A stretch of 64,000 bases of DNA from Podarcis liolepis. Taxonomy: Eukaryota. The position numbers and the translations under genes were made by a program. Location: assembly GCA_965112155.1 (NCBI GenBank), contig OZ218112.1, one strand, 5' to 3'. The notes beneath the pieces were generated by a model, which worked only from the letters and a program-made list of their open reading frames with translations, made no database searches and was not told the origin of the DNA. This document shows, piece by piece, positions 61,001-64,000 of this stretch (the first letter of the stretch is position 1; each line of letters starts with the position of its first letter).

Positions 61001-61722
61001 GAAGTAACAATCATACTGCTGTTGATATGAATCAAAGAGAGCATCTGCACTTAACCCGGTGCTTCATTGACAAAACCATATATTTTAGTAATTTCACTAG
61101 ATGGCAACATTGCATCAAGCTTGCATGCCTAGCAAGCAGCCAAGAGTCCCTGTGTGTTTGTTTGTGTGTGTTTTTAAAAATGCTGCTTTATTTGAATTTC
61201 TTTAAATGCCTAATTCATAGGTAGGTGATGGGGTTTTGACGTCAGTATTTTGTTGCCTTTTTGTTGTTGCTGTTTATAACCTTTCAGCCAAAGACACTTG
61301 GTTTTGAAAAGTGGCATAGAAATTGAAAGGTAATAACTGCAGTAGCTATAAAAGGCGAAGTCCTGGAAACAGAGAGGACTTTTCAACTTGGAAAACCAAG
61401 CGCACACATGGCCCTCTTGGCAGTTTTGTTTTGTTTTGTTTTAGCTAGTATATTCTGCAATCATAGTGCATTAGTGGTGGATGATACTTGACTGTCCACA
61501 TATAATTTCCTGTAGTTACTGCTTTATTGCTTTCTGGAGTGGCACTGTTGTGCTATAGCTCAATGAAAGTGGGGCAAAAAATAAACTGGAACATTTGTGG
61601 TATAAATAGCTACAATATTTCAGCAGGAAGTTATGCAACATGCACTGATTGGAAAAGAAGAAGTACATTCACCCCAAAACTTTTGCGAGTGCAAGCAGTG
61701 CTAAAAGCAGAATTGTGTACAA

Positions 61723-61983
61723 CAGGGGTCAGCAACCCATGGACTGGAAGTGGCCTGCAAAGGTCGTTTGACTGGTCCACAAGCCGCCCCTGAACTGACC
61801 CTCCTGCTCGCGTGCTGTGCTAAACCGGAGCAACGCGGCACGGGGACCTGCTTCCGTGGCACCAAAAATCGCATCTGCACATGCTCAGACGCCCAAAATT
61901 GCGGGCACGCATGTGATCTGGCACACAGAGGGATCTCTGCAGAACCAATCCGGCCCGGGCAAGATAAACCTTGCTGACCCCTG
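61723..61983. mobile_element. hAT (Charlie-like) MITE, 261 bp
   Basis: 13-bp TIR caggggtcagcaa / ttgctgacccctg; perfect 8-bp TSD GTGTACAA (61715-61722, 61984-61991); CpGs retained. Confidence 0.93.
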
Positions 61984-63004
61984 GTGTACAACTATCTTCA
62001 AATTTATCACAAATAATCATGAATGCATAGTAAAAAGGATGTCGGAAGGACACACACAGAGAGACACATAGGATGAATATGTCAATTTCTCTTAGCTTCT
62101 AATTTTTCAAGTCTTAAATTTGGTTCTCCACATTTCCTCAACAGTTTGTGATTTTTCAAAATTATTTATTTAGCGTGCTTACGAAATTCACCAGCATTTT
62201 ATTGCTCATTTCTCCTAGCAGGCACATTGCTGTGTGCAGTTTTTGCAATATGCACATTTTTGCAAAGCCATTTCCCCCAATAAATGCATTTTTGTATGTT
62301 GTTTTCACTAACACATGAAAAGTACATGCACTTTGGTACACGTTACTTGGCCGGAAAATTGCATTGCAAAATTCAGAGAAGTGCAATTGTCAAAGGACGA
62401 CTGTGTTTCGCCATCTGTAATTTTCCAGAAAGTGCAAATTTGGCAAGTTCGCCTTTAAATGAGAACCGAACCAATCGTATCACTATCCTTAAACACACAC
62501 ATGAAACAGAGAATAATTAAAAGAGTCCAGCAAATCAGATTTCCTGGGTCCTTAGGTTTTAAAATGACATGAAGTAAATAGGCCCCACCCCTTGATACTG
62601 CTTTGGAAATGTTGCTGGAACAGCTGAAGGGCAGAGCGGCTCCGTATGCAAATGTGATGTCCAGTACTGGGAGGGACATGAGGAAATGCAAAAGGAACAG
62701 ACAGCATTAAGTCTCCAAAGAACTAAACAGCCATGATGTTAATTATCTGCAAACTCACAAATGCATTACCAATTAGCCTTCTACACCCCCCTCCCATCCC
62801 TTCTAGTGACAAGCAGTGGATGCTGGCGGCGAGGAATTGCCTTTGGGACCTGCAATCCATGCTCTCTGTGCCAACTGTGCTTCTTTTATGAAGAAATTAT
62901 AAGAGTTTAATTGTTTTTAATTCTCATCATGAGCGTCCCTGAGAACTCTTGTCATAGGACGATCTACAGACACTGTTAACAAACAAATAAATAAAGAAAT
63001 AAAT

Positions 63005-63540
63005 GTGTAACTGGGCCAATCACAGGGTGTTACTATTAGTATATGAAATCCTCTGTAGCTTGGGGCCAGTTTACTTGAAAGATCACATTATCCCATATTT
63101 TCCCACTTGGCCTCTTCGATCTGAAGAATGGGCATTTCTGCAAGTGCCACATAATGTTTGTTCCACACCTGCAAGAATTCAATCCTTTAGGTTGGCAGCA
63201 GCTACACTCTGGAACTTCCTTCCTGCAGATAGCAAGCAGGAGCTTTGGCTGTACTGTTTTTCACCTCTGATCAGACCTTTCTTTCATTTTTTTTAAAGAA
63301 AGCCTACCCAGATATGGAATTTTATCATGTATATTTGCTTTTAAAGCTGCCGATAGATAAAATAATTTGATGGTTCTGTCTCCTGGTTTAAAGTCTGCTT
63401 TGACTGCTATTTTTAATCAATATTTTATACCAATATAATATCAATAGAAGCATTTTGTATTTTTTGTATTATAATTTTATGTTGTGAACTGCCCTGATAT
63501 CTATGGATGTAGGGCGGTAGGCAGTTTTTTACAACAACAA
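63005..63540 (+). mobile_element. Old L2 3' fragment
   Basis: RVLLLVYEILCSLGPVYLKDHI...SFRLAAATLWNFLP; 3' end 'gtgaactgccctgatatctatggatgtagggcggta'. Confidence 0.75.
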
Positions 63541-64000
63541 TTTTATACCATGTAAGACCACACACGCACACACACACACACACATATATAAATCAAGCTT
63601 CATATAAATCTTGTTAAATAAATAAATGGAATGAAAAATACATATAGTATCTGCATTTCCATCATTCCTTATGTAACAAGTGAAAATCAATAAAATCTTC
63701 TTCTTCTTCTTCTTCTTCAGAATTTCAGTACAGATGAAGACTGGGTTTAGCTTAAAAGGGTTGTTGAAAGAGGAAGATTTTCAGTAGACTTTGAAAAGAC
63801 AACAGAGATGATAGTCCAATAGTCCAATAGCAGATACTGTCCATCTTTAGAGAACTTTGGAGTTTGGGGTGTCATGTTTGAATTACTCTCTGGACAGCTG
63901 TCAAAGCAACTCCTCTCTTTAAAGCAAGAATCCAGGCACCATTCTTTTAAATGTAAGTGTACACGTTTCATAGCCTGCTAAGGTTTCAATCACCTGTTTT

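Noticed and set aside
63721-63951. Exon after the (TTC)n-AG acceptor-like site
   Set aside because: All three plus-strand frames contain stops, and the pyrimidine tract is a simple microsatellite.
1-64000. The many 60-150 aa ORFs in the track as host genes
   Set aside because: No recognisable domains. Most use alternative starts, overlap repeats or are antisense shadows of TE ORFs, as expected by chance in vertebrate DNA.

Overview
This is non-coding vertebrate genomic DNA, an intron or gene desert. The repeats (Sauria SINEs, Squam-type SINEs, Bov-B, young CR1 and L2) point to a squamate, most likely a lacertid lizard; that assignment is inferred, not searched. I recognise no host protein-coding gene. 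The only ORFs with recognisable motifs are retroelement-derived: a 5'-truncated CR1 LINE with an almost intact RT (26.3-28.6 kb), L2/L1/Bov-B 3' fragments, and an internally deleted Ngaro-type DIRS retroelement (12.7-15.5 kb). That element has tyrosine-recombinase and SGNH-hydrolase remnants that the ORF track splits across frames. The rest is MITEs (Tc1/pogo with TA TSDs, hAT with 8-bp TSDs), SINEs, solo LTRs, microsatellites and TE-free TAAT-rich islands that may be enhancers. Highlights: (1) an intact minimal Penelope-type hammerhead ribozyme in a 130-bp TSD-flanked insert (45728-45857, minus strand); (2) a degenerate HH9-like type I hammerhead fossil (56032-56095); (3) the Ngaro remnant plus a related ORF-less promoter+polyA unit (56.7-57.5 kb) that may be a 'solo split-repeat', analogous to a solo LTR; (4) a probable L1 3' transduction; (5) several nested insertions. 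I found no wholly new system I can prove from sequence alone. Family names come from recalled motifs, not database searches, and boundaries without TSDs are approximate.
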